DNA from: the human T2T-CHM13v2.0 reference genome, Homo sapiens
Reading direction: 5' to 3' (one strand)
Assembly: GCF_009914755.1 (NCBI RefSeq)
Contig: NC_060927.1
DNA: 64,000 nt
The notes under the pieces were generated by a model. That model saw nothing but the letters and a program-made list of their open reading frames with translations, searched no databases and had not been told where the DNA came from. This document shows positions 26,396 to 38,694 of the stretch, piece after piece. The position numbers and the translations under genes are program-made. How positions within the stretch are numbered: the first letter of the stretch is position 1; each line of letters begins with the position of its first letter.

Positions 26396-27839
26396 TGTCC
26401 GGAATTGGTGGGTTCTTGGTCTCACTGACTTCAAGAATGAAGCCGCGGACCCTGGCAGTGAGTGCTACAGCTCTTAAGGTGGAGCGTCTGGTGTTTATTC
26501 CTTCTGATGTTCGGATGTTTGCGGAGTTTCTTCCTTCTGGTGGATTCGTGGTCTCGCTGGCTCAGGAGTGAAGCTGCGGACCTTCACAGTGAGTGTTACA
26601 GCTCATAAAAGCAGTGTGGACCCAAAGTGTGGGCAGTAGCAAGACTTATTGCAAATAGCAAAAGAACAAAGCTTCCACAGTGTGGAAGGGGACCCAAGCG
26701 GGTTGCCACTGCTGGCTCCCGCAGCCTGCTTTTATTCTCTTATCTGGCCCCACCCACATCCTGCTGATTGGTAGAGCCGAGTGGTCTGTTTTGACAGGGC
26801 GCTGGTTGGTGTGTTCACAATCCCTGAGCTAGACACAAAGGTTCTCCACCTCCCCACCAGATTAGCTAGATACAGAGTGTGACACAAAGATTCTCCAAGG
26901 CCCCACCAGAGTAGCTAGATACAGAGTGTCGATTGGTGCATTCACAAACCCTGAGCTAGACACAGGGTGCTGATTGGTGTGTTTACAAACCTTGAGCTAG
27001 ATACAGAGTGCCCCTTGGTGTATGTACAATCCCTGAGCTAGACATAAAGGTTCTCCAAGGCCCCACCAGAGTAGCTAGGTACAGAGTGCTGATTGGTGCA
27101 TTCACAAACCCTGAGCTAGACACAGGCTGCTGATTGGTGTATTTACAATCCCTTAGCTAGACATAAAGGTTCTCTACTTCCCCACCAGACTCAGGAGCCC
27201 AGCTGGCTTCACCCAGTGGATCCCGCATGGGGGCTGCAGGTGGAGCTGCCTGCCAGTCCCGTGCCGTGTGCCCGCACCCCTCAGCCCTTGGGTGGTCGAT
27301 GGGACTGGGCACCGTGGAGCAGGGGGTGGTGCTCATCCGGGAGGCTCGGGCCACACAGGAGCCCACGGAGGGGGTGGGAGGCTCAGGCATGGCAGGCTGC
27401 AGGTCCCCAGCCCTGCCCCCCGGGAAGGCAGCTAAGGCCCGGTGAGAAATCGAGTGCAGCGCTGGTGGGCCAGCACTGCTGGGGGACCTAGTACACCCTC
27501 CGCAGCCGCTGGCCAGGGTTCTAAGCCCCTCATTGCCCGGGGCCGGCAGTGCCGGCCGGCTGCTCCGAGTGTGGGGCCCGCCAAGCCCACGCCCACCCGG
27601 AACTCCAGCTGGCCCAGAAGCGCCACACGCAGCCCCGGTTCCCGCTCCCGCCTCTCCCTCCACACCTCCCTGCAAGCTGAGCGAGCTGGCTCTGGCCTTG
27701 GTCAGCCCAGAAAGGGGCTCCCACAGTGCAGCAGTGGGCTGAAGGGCTCCTCAAGTGCCGCCAAAGTGGGAGCCCAGGCAGAGGAGGCGCCGAGAGCAAG
27801 CGAGGGCTGTGAGGACTGCCAGCACGCGGTCACCTCTCA
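26396..27839 (-). mobile_element. LTR12C (HERV9) solo LTR
   Basis: Reverse complement begins TGAGAGGTGACCGCGTGCTGGCAG and ends AATTCCGGACA; tandem CCAAT/TCTAGCT enhancer repeats; GC/CpG-rich U3; near-TSD tgtg/tggg. Confidence 0.96.
26725..27185 (-). promoter_or_regulatory. LTR12C NF-Y enhancer repeats and TATA-like promoter directing transcription leftward
   Basis: Five intact GATTGG (CCAAT on minus) at 26766, 26931, 26972, 27091, 27132; AATAAAA TATA-like box at 26730-26736 on minus; activity not demonstrable from sequence. Confidence 0.7.
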
Positions 27840-30800
27840 TGGGGATTGTTTTGCTTGTCACAGTACTGGTGGGGAGAGATGTCAGGTGCTAAAAGCTTTT
27901 AATGGGCAGAGCTAGGAATGTAAGACATTCCGGAATGTCTGGGATAAACTTTCATAGTGAAGAATTTCTCTGTATTTCATACAATGTAAAACACCCCCCC
28001 CAGCTAATCAATTATGAGAAAAGCCCGTTTAAATCCTATAACAACAAAAAATGTTTTGTATTCAAACATAAAATATTTTTATGGATTTAATATGTACTAA
28101 AATTGTCGTGGTAAGATATTATAATATGTATTGAAAGAAGAGCATAAGCTTTTTTTTTTTAAATGACCAAGGATTAGGGTTAATTTAAAGAAACTGCATA
28201 ATTGATGTCAATAATAATCAAGGTACTTCAGTTATCAGCACAACATTCCTGACACACTATGAATTTGTAACTAGGTTTTATTGTGATTATATGTATGTGT
28301 CTGTGTGTGCACGTGCGTGTGTAGATATGTGAGTAGTCATCATTCATTAGGTTATTTTAGTGTGAATATGCTTGAGGGTTTAAAATAAAACTATTTTGTT
28401 ATAAATCACATAATCTTTTTTCTTCTTTCTGTTACAGTTTGTATATTTTGAAATTCTGTGTGCAATAAAAGAGGTGTTACAAAATATTTCATACTAAGGC
28501 TTCAATTCTGCGATACTTGAGAACTATTTTTCTAGACTATGCATGCATTTGATGGGGCAATATGATCAAATATGCTGCCACCTTCAGTGCTCTCCCCTGT
28601 CACTGTGCTGCCCACCAAGTGACTCACATAGCTGAGTGCTAGCTGGGCTTGTACTTCCAAACCTTCTGGAAATGATTGCAAGGACACTCAGTAGGATACC
28701 ATGTTAACTCTGTTTATGCTGGTGATGGGTTGGATGGTTCTCTGTTTTCCTCGAGCAGGAATATCATTCCTTTCCTCAACCATTTCTGCACATACTTTTC
28801 TTTGAACTCTCTAATAGTATTCCAGTTTTTTAAAAAATTAATATCAGCAACCAATTGAATGCATTTGTCTTTCATTGATGATCATACTTAATCAGCAAAT
28901 TATAAAATTTCCCCTTCTGTTAACACTGTTTCACAATTAATTTGAAATTGATAAAATTTATATAAAATTAGAAAATAAAGCAGGCTCTAGAAGAGATATA
29001 GAAAACCTTGATTATTGTATTTAGTATTACATGAATTATTTCCTTCAGTGTTTCTTTGGAAAGCTCTCTTTTTATTCTTGACTGAATCAACAATATGTTG
29101 CTTCATACAATAAGTTCTTGTAGGACCATAGTTGTGTTTGGGTCACTTTGTGCAGTTTTTAATAGAGGGTCATATAAAAATGCTTTAAAGACGTAAAAAC
29201 AGGACAGAGCTGATAGCTTCCTTTTCATCATTCTCTTTCTCTCTCTCTCTCTCTTTATTGTAATTTGAAAGTTGGCCTATTTTAAAGCAGTTCTGTTAAT
29301 GCAACAGTGGTTTTGAAACACTGTATTAAAAGAGACCAGTTTAAAGGAGCCACTCAAGAAATCGTGAACAGATTACATAAAAAGAAAATGCCATATAAGG
29401 TACACTTTTATGGCTGAGATCTGACATTCACAACTGAGAGAAAGGTAGGGGAGAAGTCTTTCTTCATTAGCAGCATGACCAAAGCACTTAGGGATTTCAC
29501 TCCCTCACATCCATTATTCCATCTATTGTCCTAATTTAATTTTCCATTATTTTCCTGACAGTGAAGGTTGGCAACTCTTAAGTACAGTACAAAAGGTTTG
29601 CAGCATTCATGCTAATAATTACACAAGCTGTTGAGGCTTTTTGCTGAAGGGTGTATTGTCAAAAATATCAAATTTAGACAAAAGCAGAAGCTACAGATGT
29701 GAGTGGAGCTGGAATCCCTGAGTGCCTTTGTTTTTATCCATAGAAAGAAGCCACCTCGTGAGGTCTAAATGTTAATAAAGCATTCATACCCTTTGGGGCC
29801 TTTGGGGAGCTCTAAACAGGAAAACACTTGGAGAATTGCCATCAAATTGTTGCTGCTATTGTCTCTACTGTCGCTTACCAGGGTTGTCCTGACAATGTAG
29901 AATCTATTATTTTTATATTCTTTCTTAGTCAAATAGATTTCTTTTCTCATGATTTGTATAGGCCAGTTTTAGAACACTTAATCTAAAAATGTGTCTTCTT
30001 AACTGTAGAAAAAGGTAAACTTTAATCCATTATCCTTCTATCTTTTCTTTAAGGATGCAATCATTTGCTTTCCTTTCTTCTTTTGTTTGTCACAGAAGGC
30101 CGAATTCCTTGCAGTGTGAAACTGCCTTGTACCACCCATGCCCATGAATTACCAATTATCCCCACCTGTAAACCATACTCCAAGCAAATAAGGTGGCCAT
30201 GGCTTATTAGGAGTCATTCAATATCTGTGCTCATTAAATATTGACCATAGGCTGAATTAATAAGATTCCATTTACTTTGTACCAAACCTTTTCAACTACA
30301 AGTAGATTTAGTGTCCAATAATACACAAATATACTTATAAGTGTATTTAGATTCCTAATGTAGTATAGGTTTATAGACATATTTGAGATATAAAACCAAC
30401 ACGTTTATCTCACAATCCTACCTTTTCTCCACCCGTTAGATAAATACCATTGTAAGCCTAGAGAAGGCTAGAACTATAAGCAGAGAGTTGCTCATCTTTG
30501 AATCGTAATTAAGGTTTTTGAGCCAACTGGATAATAATAATTTTTCCGAAATGTGTCATTTGGAGAGAAAAATGGTCTTTTTAAATTTCAAAGTCTTCAA
30601 GAACAAAGTTTGCCATAAGTAATTATTTAAAGAATTTGAATACAAGGACTATTTCTTCCCCACAGAAAGGAGTGTGAAGTCCTTGTACGTCCTGAAAATA
30701 AGCCCAAATGACAGGTTTGCAGGGAAAATACCAGGTGACGACTCTGCCTGAATTGATATAAAGGGTCTTAGCACAAGCCAACATTCCAACCCCGATACCT

Positions 30801-31254
30801 GTAGCATTTCATATAGATTGAAAGTGAAACCTAAAGTACAGAAAGTATGTCCCATTTCCTCTTTGGAGTCCATGACGCATAACAAAGCAGCTGCATTAGG
30901 ACAGAAGTGATGATAGGACGTGCTTAGGCAGGAATAACATCAGAGACAAGGGTCTGCATCCAAATGGATTGCACATGGCATGAAATAGACCCACAGATTC
31001 TTGTGTCACCATGAAGTAGCTAAGAATTGAATGAGTGGTCCTGCTAGAGTTCAGCTGAGGGCTGAGGAGAGGTGTCCCTGCAGCAAAGGCACCCCTTTGA
31101 GGGCTGGGGAGATCTAAGCCATAGTCAGGGAAAGAACACACTGGAGTCTCTGGTTTTAGCAGCACCTGAGGGGTGCGAATAGGAGCATGTAGTCACCGAG
31201 GCAGAGTGTCACCCGAGTGGACTCAAGAGAGTGACTGCTTGAGTGAAGATACAG

Positions 31255-31435
31255 CATCCTTGGTATTAGCTGTGTGACTTTGAGCAAGCTTGTCAACCTC
31301 ACTAGGCTTCCATTCCATCATCTATATGAGGTTATTAAGGGTGTCTTTTTTAGGACTGTTATTAAACTAAATGGATTGTAACTATAATGTACTTAGTACA
31401 GTACCTAGTAAGCACTATATGTGAGCTTGCTAAAT
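31255..31435 (+). mobile_element. MIR
   Basis: TAGCTGTGTGACTTTGAGCAAG...AACCTC...CATCTATA...TAAGCACT core. Confidence 0.8.
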
Positions 31436-31974
31436 AAGTAAAGTCAGAAGGGGTTAATGGCTCAGCTCCCTGTAAGTAATCATGGTGTGTTGCTACTTCC
31501 AACAGAACAGACGCTCAATTACAGTAGCCACAGGCTCTTTCTCAGTGGATGCTTACAGGACAGAGGCCAATGCCCAAAGCAAGGTGGGATGACATTTCCT
31601 CACCACTGATTATGAAGGGGAGACAGCAGGTAACAATGTATAGGCCAGATACCCTTCAAAGTCACTATGATTTTGTTTAAACTTTTCACTACAATGTGAT
31701 TTCACTCAAGGGAGGTAGGACAGAAACCTGTTTGAAATAAATCATTAAAGAATGAGAGCATTTATTTTAAAAAAATAATAAAAACAAGTTTTCACACCTT
31801 TTTTTTACTCTACCGAGGGCATTTGTGAACAAAACACGAAATGAGATTATTTTAAAACTTTAAAAAATTAATTTATACTTTCTTTCAATTATATATAGTA
31901 CATTTTAGTCAATGTGTTAAATTCACACTCCGGAAGAACAGCTTTTTATCTTGGAATTTTAAAAAATCAGTGGA

Positions 31975-34144
31975 TATATTTCTTTGAAACGTCTGCAATT
32001 ACTAGTTTATTAGTATCATCCAGGACTCAGATGTTCACTAATCCTCCTGAAATTACATAAACAAATGCAAATGGAAAGAATCCAAGTCAAAATAATATAA
32101 CAAAACAGCACTTCCTCACAAAAGCGTATAAAATTACAAGAACGCTATTTTAAAATACGGACACTTTAAGAAAACAATAATCTCAAAAAACACAAAATTG
32201 CCAAATTGTTTTCTAAACTGCAAAGTAGATAAACATGACTAATGAATAAGTTTGGGTTTTGTAAAAAAAATTATTCAAATACATTGAGTAATTAATACTG
32301 AGATGCAAAGTTTGTCTTCTTTTCTCCTATTTGATTTATAAGGGGGCAAACCATAATATAGGAAAATATACTCTATTTCAAATGCAGTATCTTCATTTTA
32401 AAGCTGCCCCAATTAATTAAAAATACTTATAATGGAGAGTCCCAGCTTCCTGAGCAGTCCATATTTAGATAAATGGGAAAAGACAACTACAGCCAGTGTA
32501 TTCATAGTCTTCACTGAGACTAATGTCAACAAAATATTTAATATGGCAGTCTTCTATTTTAAGCTCACACTTTTGGTGATACAATCTCAGGTCTTCTTTA
32601 ACACTGGAATTGCAAAATATAACTGCTATTACATATAAATATTAGTACATACTTTTCTATTAGTCCTTCAAGGACAGATTTTAAATGTTTGATTCTAATA
32701 TTCCCATGCCGTGAGTAGATTGGTTACTCTTCAGTTTGTAAATATAAGTGGGCCATGTAAAATTTGTTATCAACTGATAAAGATTTGATCCACCCATTTA
32801 GTTATGGATGTAAACTGCCTCAATGTAACTATTTACCCCTCATCATGATATGCAGAGTATGTACACAAAAGCTTTTTATCAGCTAACTATATGAAAGGAT
32901 AAACACAGTAATAATTCATTTGCTCCTAAATGAGCAAAAGCAAAAGACTAGCTTCCCCTCAGGAAAAAAAATTTCAGACTTATGAAAAGGACAACAATAC
33001 TAAAAAAATTGTATTTACTTAGAAGCATTTAGAACGTCAACAAAACAGCTGCGTTTTTTTTTTTTTTGGAATCACCGGGTGGTATTTAGTTAACAGAACA
33101 ACAATTATTTCATATATGCCACATCAAAGACAACTGATGAAAGATGAAAAAACCACCATGTCCATATGTAACTAATTTGTGCTGCACGTTAACAAGAACC
33201 TGCTTTGAATTTCCACGCCAATTTACAACCCCCATACTACACTAGGCAAGGTTAGTGGCTATTGAAAATACCATCAGGACAGGGCTATATAAAGACATAT
33301 TTGGTAGTGTGCTAACTATACAAAAAAAGACATTTTACCGTTTAAAAACAAAACTTACACAGCCTTACATTTCAATTTTCTTCTTTAAAGGGAATGAGTT
33401 GTGTACAGGGGGGTTAATTGCTTTATAGACAAGAAAAAAAACTGTGCTAGAACCAACTTATCCATCATCATCATCTTCTTCTTCATCTTTCTTCTCCTCA
33501 TCCTCTTCATTTTCCTCATTTTCCTCTTCTTCCTTCTTTTTCTTGGGTTTTTCAGCCTTGACGACTCCCTTTTTGCTGCACCAGGTTTTCCTTTAGCTCA
33601 GTATGAAGGGATATCCTTTTGTATTTTTCCTTCAGCTTTGCAGCCTTCTTTTCATAGGGCTGCTTGTCATCTGCTATAGTGTTATTCCTCTTCTCCCAGG
33701 TTCGTCACAACATCACCAATGGATAGGCCAGGATATTCTCCTGTGATTCTTGGGTGATTCTCAGAACAGAACAAGAAAAAGGCTGAAGAAGCCCTCTTGG
33801 GTGTGATGGGATACTTGACCTTCTTTTTTGTCTCTCCACTGGGATTCTCCTTTATAATGGGCTTTGTACGCCTTTGCCATGTCTTCTAGTTTTTCTTTCT
33901 TGCTGGAAAACATGGTCTTCCACCTCTCTGAAGTTGATTGAAACATGTGGGTGCTTCCCTTTTTGCTCCTCCCAAGTTTGCACAGAGAATACATATGATG
34001 ACATTTTGTCTCTCGGCTTCTCAGGATCTCTTTTGCCCATGTTTAGTTATTCTCCCTCTGTGAGGCACAGAGTCGCAGAGTGCCCATCCAGCTCTCACTT
34101 GCCCCAGTGCTGTCTCTATGGAGCTCAATGTACTGCAATGGCTG
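31975..34144 (-). pseudogene. HMGB1P: Processed HMGB1 pseudogene, full length (5'UTR, disrupted CDS 33458-34040, long 3'UTR)
   Basis: [23 protein letters not shown] / [16 protein letters not shown] match HMGB1 box A; acidic-tail codons at 33460-33535; intronless; HMGB1 5'UTR CAGCCATTGCAGTACATTGAGCTCCATAGAGACAGC; distal AATAAA at ~32006-32011; TSD AATCA(G/A)TGGA at 31965-31974 and 34145-34154; frameshifting deletions. Confidence 0.96.
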
Positions 34145-35440
34145 AATCAATGGAAAGTAAAAATCCTATCATGAGTCATATCATTTCAAAGTTTTTTGGG
34201 TTTTGCCCTTTTTATTTTGATACAGTGATCTTGATTCCAGAAATAATTGATAATCATATTTCGGATCTATTGCTTCACCCTTGCCCTGACTTCTATCAAA
34301 CAAGTTGACCTAAATCTGTTTTGTGATTTCTCACTTTACTTTCAAACTGAATACTGAATCACCAATAATATCAGAAACTCTTCTCTTTATGAAAGGAAGG
34401 GGAGACAACGTAATATTTATGACACCATGAGTGTCATTTACCTAAGGTGTTTTATATTTTTACATCAACTAAGACAATTAAAGTCTCATCTAATTGTCCA
34501 TACTTAGCTCTTAGATCATTTGACTCAATATTGATGGAATAATCTGGTATTATATAAGTTTCCCTAGAATATGTTATTAAAACCAATATAAAGTATGGAA
34601 TATCAATTTTGATTTTACAGTCTCTACAAGCCTTAAATGCTTCTGTTTTAGAATATTTTATTAATTGAACATAATTTTTAAAATTATGTCAGGAAAATAA
34701 AGTTTTTGTATCTGCTTAAACACATAAATTAATGTGAAACAAATAATTTTATATTAGTTTAATTTTAGTAAAAGCACAAATTAATAAGCCCATATTTACA
34801 TTATCAACAATGTCAATAATCTTTTTGAAATAATATATTAAATTATTATAGCAATTCCTGTTAGGAAGAATAGAATATTATTTGTTTTTAACCCATAATA
34901 TATATGAATCTCCACCAAAAATAACTTACTAAAAACCAGCAAATAAATAATAATCATAATAGAGAATAACTATTCTTTTAAAAGGTATTTTTTTGCATAA
35001 TGTGTATAATTTTCACTGTATTTGCACATATTTGACTCACTTTTCTTCCATTCATAATCCTTTAAATAGATAAGACAGATAATAAGAGAATATAGCAGAT
35101 AAAGAATGATTTAGTAACTTTTGTCCAAGGTCATCCAGAAAATTAATGACAGAGACAAGTATAGAACAAAAATAATTGAAATAACGTAACATACATATAA
35201 ATGGTTAGACGATAGTTATGCAAGAAAACTATGAAAAAGCAAGCAGAGAGCTTTTAACCCCAGTTTATGCAGCAGGCACATTTGATTGTGAATCTCAATA
35301 ATGAACCAAAAGGACGAAAGCAGACTGTAAGACCATATATACCTGTATAAAACAGGCTGATTTCTCACTCTTTTTATTGCAGCAGTGGCAAATATTCTCA
35401 GGAGATGTAGTCTTTTTGTTTAAGAAATTTTGTAGAAATT

Positions 35441-35522
35441 TAGAAATTAGCAGAAAACACTCATATTCAAAGAAATTTCTCATATTGTAGAAATTAGCAG
35501 AAAACACTCATATTCAAAGAAA
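35441..35522 (+). repeat. Perfect 35-bp duplication with a 12-bp spacer
   Basis: TAGAAATTAGCAGAAAACACTCATATTCAAAGAAA at 35441-35475 and 35488-35522. Confidence 0.92.
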
Positions 35523-36539
35523 ACATTTTGAGAGTCTCACCTGCAGAGTTCAACAGGATGGAGAACAAGACTATGAACAACTAACCAGAAAAAAAAAATG
35601 TAGTATCTGAAATCTGTGTAATACAACAGATAAGTTATCTATGTTAAAACACAGCATTTAGACTAATCCAAAAACTTTTCCACAATACAAGGGTTTATCA
35701 GGGTCAGGACAAGTGATCTGCAGGGTCAAGATATGTGGTCCCATGGAGATGACGGCCATCTTATAGACTATGTTCTGAGTATCTGGAATCCTTAAGCCTC
35801 CACTCAACGGGCCCTGTTCATTGATCTGCTTTCAGGACTTGTGCCTCTTTCCCAGGATCATCCTCCAGAGGGTAGACCTCTAAGACCCAAAGGATGCTCA
35901 GAAGATGTCCTTTTATCTGGAGAGGGGTATTGGATAAACTAGGATGTTCACATGTGACTGCTTGAGGGTTTTCACCATGTAGAAGGGAATCAAAGGTATA
36001 AAAGAACCTCTTTGAGTTGTCAGGTTTCAGCATGAAACTGAAAAAACTACGAGGCTTTCTCTCTTCAATCTGTCTTCCAGGTCATTATGAAGGTATATTT
36101 TCAAGGTAAAAGGCTAGATATATTGCATTGAATCATTTTTTTTACCTTGATTTAAAACTTTTAAATATTTGGACATGAGGTATACAGCCCTCCCTTTATA
36201 TTATTAACCCAGGCTCCATGAATATCAGGTATAGCTAGCTCTGCAGGCTTGTAGTTATTATACATCTAATTACAGGTTAATGTCAATTCTTCCATTTTGA
36301 TGGAAGTGCTATTATTAATTCCCTATGCCTCTGTCTTGTTACAAGACCATGATTATTTCCCAATTGTCCTATGGCACCTGGTTAGACTGAGATCACCCAA
36401 TCCTTATCTCATCCTCCAACCTCAGGCCTCTTACCTTGCTGGCTAAATACGTTTAATTAAAATTAATTAACATAAATTTTCATAATAGCATTCTGTAACT
36501 AAAAACAACAGTATGATTCCCTCTTGATTATAGGATTGC

Positions 36540-36900
36540 CTTCGAAATGTTTAATGTGGCACAAAAAGACATACTTCAAAGTCTCATATTTGCCCATTAT
36601 CTATGGTCTCTTGACTTCTGTATCTTTGCAAGTATTGCTCCTTCTATCTGGAAACTGTTTCCTATTTTCTCAGCTTGAATAATGCTGACTCACCCTTCAA
36701 GATTCAACTCATGCTTCATCTCCTCTGTGAAGTTTTTTCTGTGTCCCTCAGACAGAGTTAGGTGCTCCTTCTTTGTGCTCCCACCCATGCATATTTCCAT
36801 CATTGCTTACTGTTGTTACCGATTTTTTTTTCTGTCAATCATAGAATATAAGCAATTTAAGATTAGTGGCTGTGCCGTTTTACTTTATTTGTGAAATCAT
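36540..36900 (+). mobile_element. L2 fragment
   Basis: TTGCTCCTTCTATCTGGAA...ACTCACCCTTCAAGATTCAACTCA...CTCCTCTGTGAAG typical of the L2 3' region. Confidence 0.7.
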
Positions 36901-38694
36901 TGTACAAACATTTGTTCAGCTCTGCTCTAATCCATATACTGTGCAAATCATGAGCTGTTTAGTGAGAAAATACACAGGCCTTGTCACTGAGAATGCAACA
37001 GTAAAACATGCTTACAGTCTCTAGGCACTGTGAGTGATGTGGGCTTAGATGGAGTTACATACAGATTGTCATAGCAGCTCAAAGAAAGTCTACCTATTTT
37101 TTTCCCCCAGGGGAGGAGGCATCCTGCAGAAAGGGGTCTAGGCTGAGACCTGTGTAGGATGAATGTCTGATAGACCCATGCTTGGTACATACCATGCTTG
37201 GTAAATAACATGCAAATAACACACCCTTTGTAATCACTGCATTTACATTCATCCAAGAACAAGACAAATCTGCTGTGTTCTGCCATGGGCAGCAGAAGTT
37301 ATAAAAGCAAACACGGTAGAACCAGAAGGATGAAAGAAATACTGATCAGAATTAGGACAAAGCCACGTTCCAGCCACTCTAGGCTGAGAAAGCATGGTCA
37401 GGAGAGCCAAAATAGCTGATTGAGAAAACATATAGACCATTTATCTCAGCATTCTACATATCTATATCATACATATATTATACAATTCACAGCCTATTTT
37501 AGTTTAAAGAAGGTAAAGACTTTAATTTTTGGTTCACAGGAATGGCAGTTCATCCTTGTCTCTGGAATGGGATGAAAAATGATGCTAGAAAAAATAATGT
37601 AAAAAGACAGTAATTACAATTATTGTAATTAAAATTAATGTAAATGTAATATACACAGATTTATAATAACTGAATAGGACTATTTAAAATTCTGTATGAT
37701 GGGTTCAGGTTTTCTCTACTCTTTATTGATTAAGTTTATAATATAATGTCTCAATTTAAAAATCAGCTATTGTTAACAGGTGGATATTTACCTGTAAAAA
37801 CTAACAAACGTACGCAGTCAGTGTTTTTTAAGAGTAAGAAAATGAGTAAATACAACCTTTTACTGAAAGAAGCAAAAAATATGGCTATTCCAGTTTATAT
37901 GTGTAACACCTAACATGGTCTCCTTCCTTTCCAAGCAAATCACAATTTGGAAATTTATAAAATAGCCTCTGGCACATCCTTGAACAAATATAATTTGATC
38001 TATAACAAATCATACCACGAGAATAAGACTTTGTCTACATGACCACTGCTGATTTCAGTAATGACATTTCCCAAAGCAATCTTAAAAGTAGTTTTACTAG
38101 TGGATCATACCTGAATATACTAGATTTAACAAGTCAGCTTAGACCATGGTACTTCAGGCCACAGAATACACTTAACTCAAACATTTTGTTAATATAATTT
38201 ACTAAAGATGGTTGACAAAATAAAAAAACAGTTTTCAATCTATTTAATGAACCTTTCTGAATACATGTGGTTGAAGAATTAATCTTACATTTATTTGAAA
38301 ATATTATTAAAATTATTTTTGATATTTTGTTAAATATTATTCACATTGAACATAAAGTATATTTGGTGTATCTGGTCAAATAAAAGAGTACATGTGTATA
38401 AGTTTTGAAAAATATATACTGAATTGTTACAATGTTCCCTTTATCGTTAGATGTATAAGCTGACCCCCACCAAAAATCTTAACAATAATAAACTTTATAG
38501 CAGAAAACTACACAGCTTGAGTACATAATAAACTGGACACTGAATTATACATTTGTATTCTTCAATAAATATACTGCAATTAATAGAAGGAGAGAGATGG
38601 AACAACATGCTATAATATAAAAGATTTATAAGATGCATCAAGCAGTCACAAATGTGACTTTATATGAATCTTAATTTAAACAAATAGTTTACAA

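Larger units (their letters stand above)
26337..28529 (+). mobile_element. MER20B hAT-Charlie DNA transposon interrupted by LTR12C
   Basis: Degenerate TIRs CATTGATTCTT...GAGAACTATTT; internal TTGTCACA...GGTGTTACAAAATATTT; 8-bp TSD TTCTAGAG (26329-26336) / TTCTAGAC (28530-28537). Confidence 0.8.

Noticed and set aside
26760-27185. Regularly spaced ~40-bp repeats, superficially CRISPR-like
   Set aside because: These are the LTR12 enhancer tandem repeats without unique spacers, in a eukaryotic context with no cas genes.
27157-27915. Long Pro/Ala/Gly-rich ORFs (up to 172 aa) and CpG-island-like composition
   Set aside because: This is the GC-rich U3 of LTR12C, not a gene or a host CpG-island promoter.
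33401-34308. ORFs overlapping the HMGB1 copy, including a Phe/Leu-rich 'membrane' peptide
   Set aside because: Antisense reading of acidic-tail codons and frameshifted pseudogene fragments; no intact HMGB1 frame.
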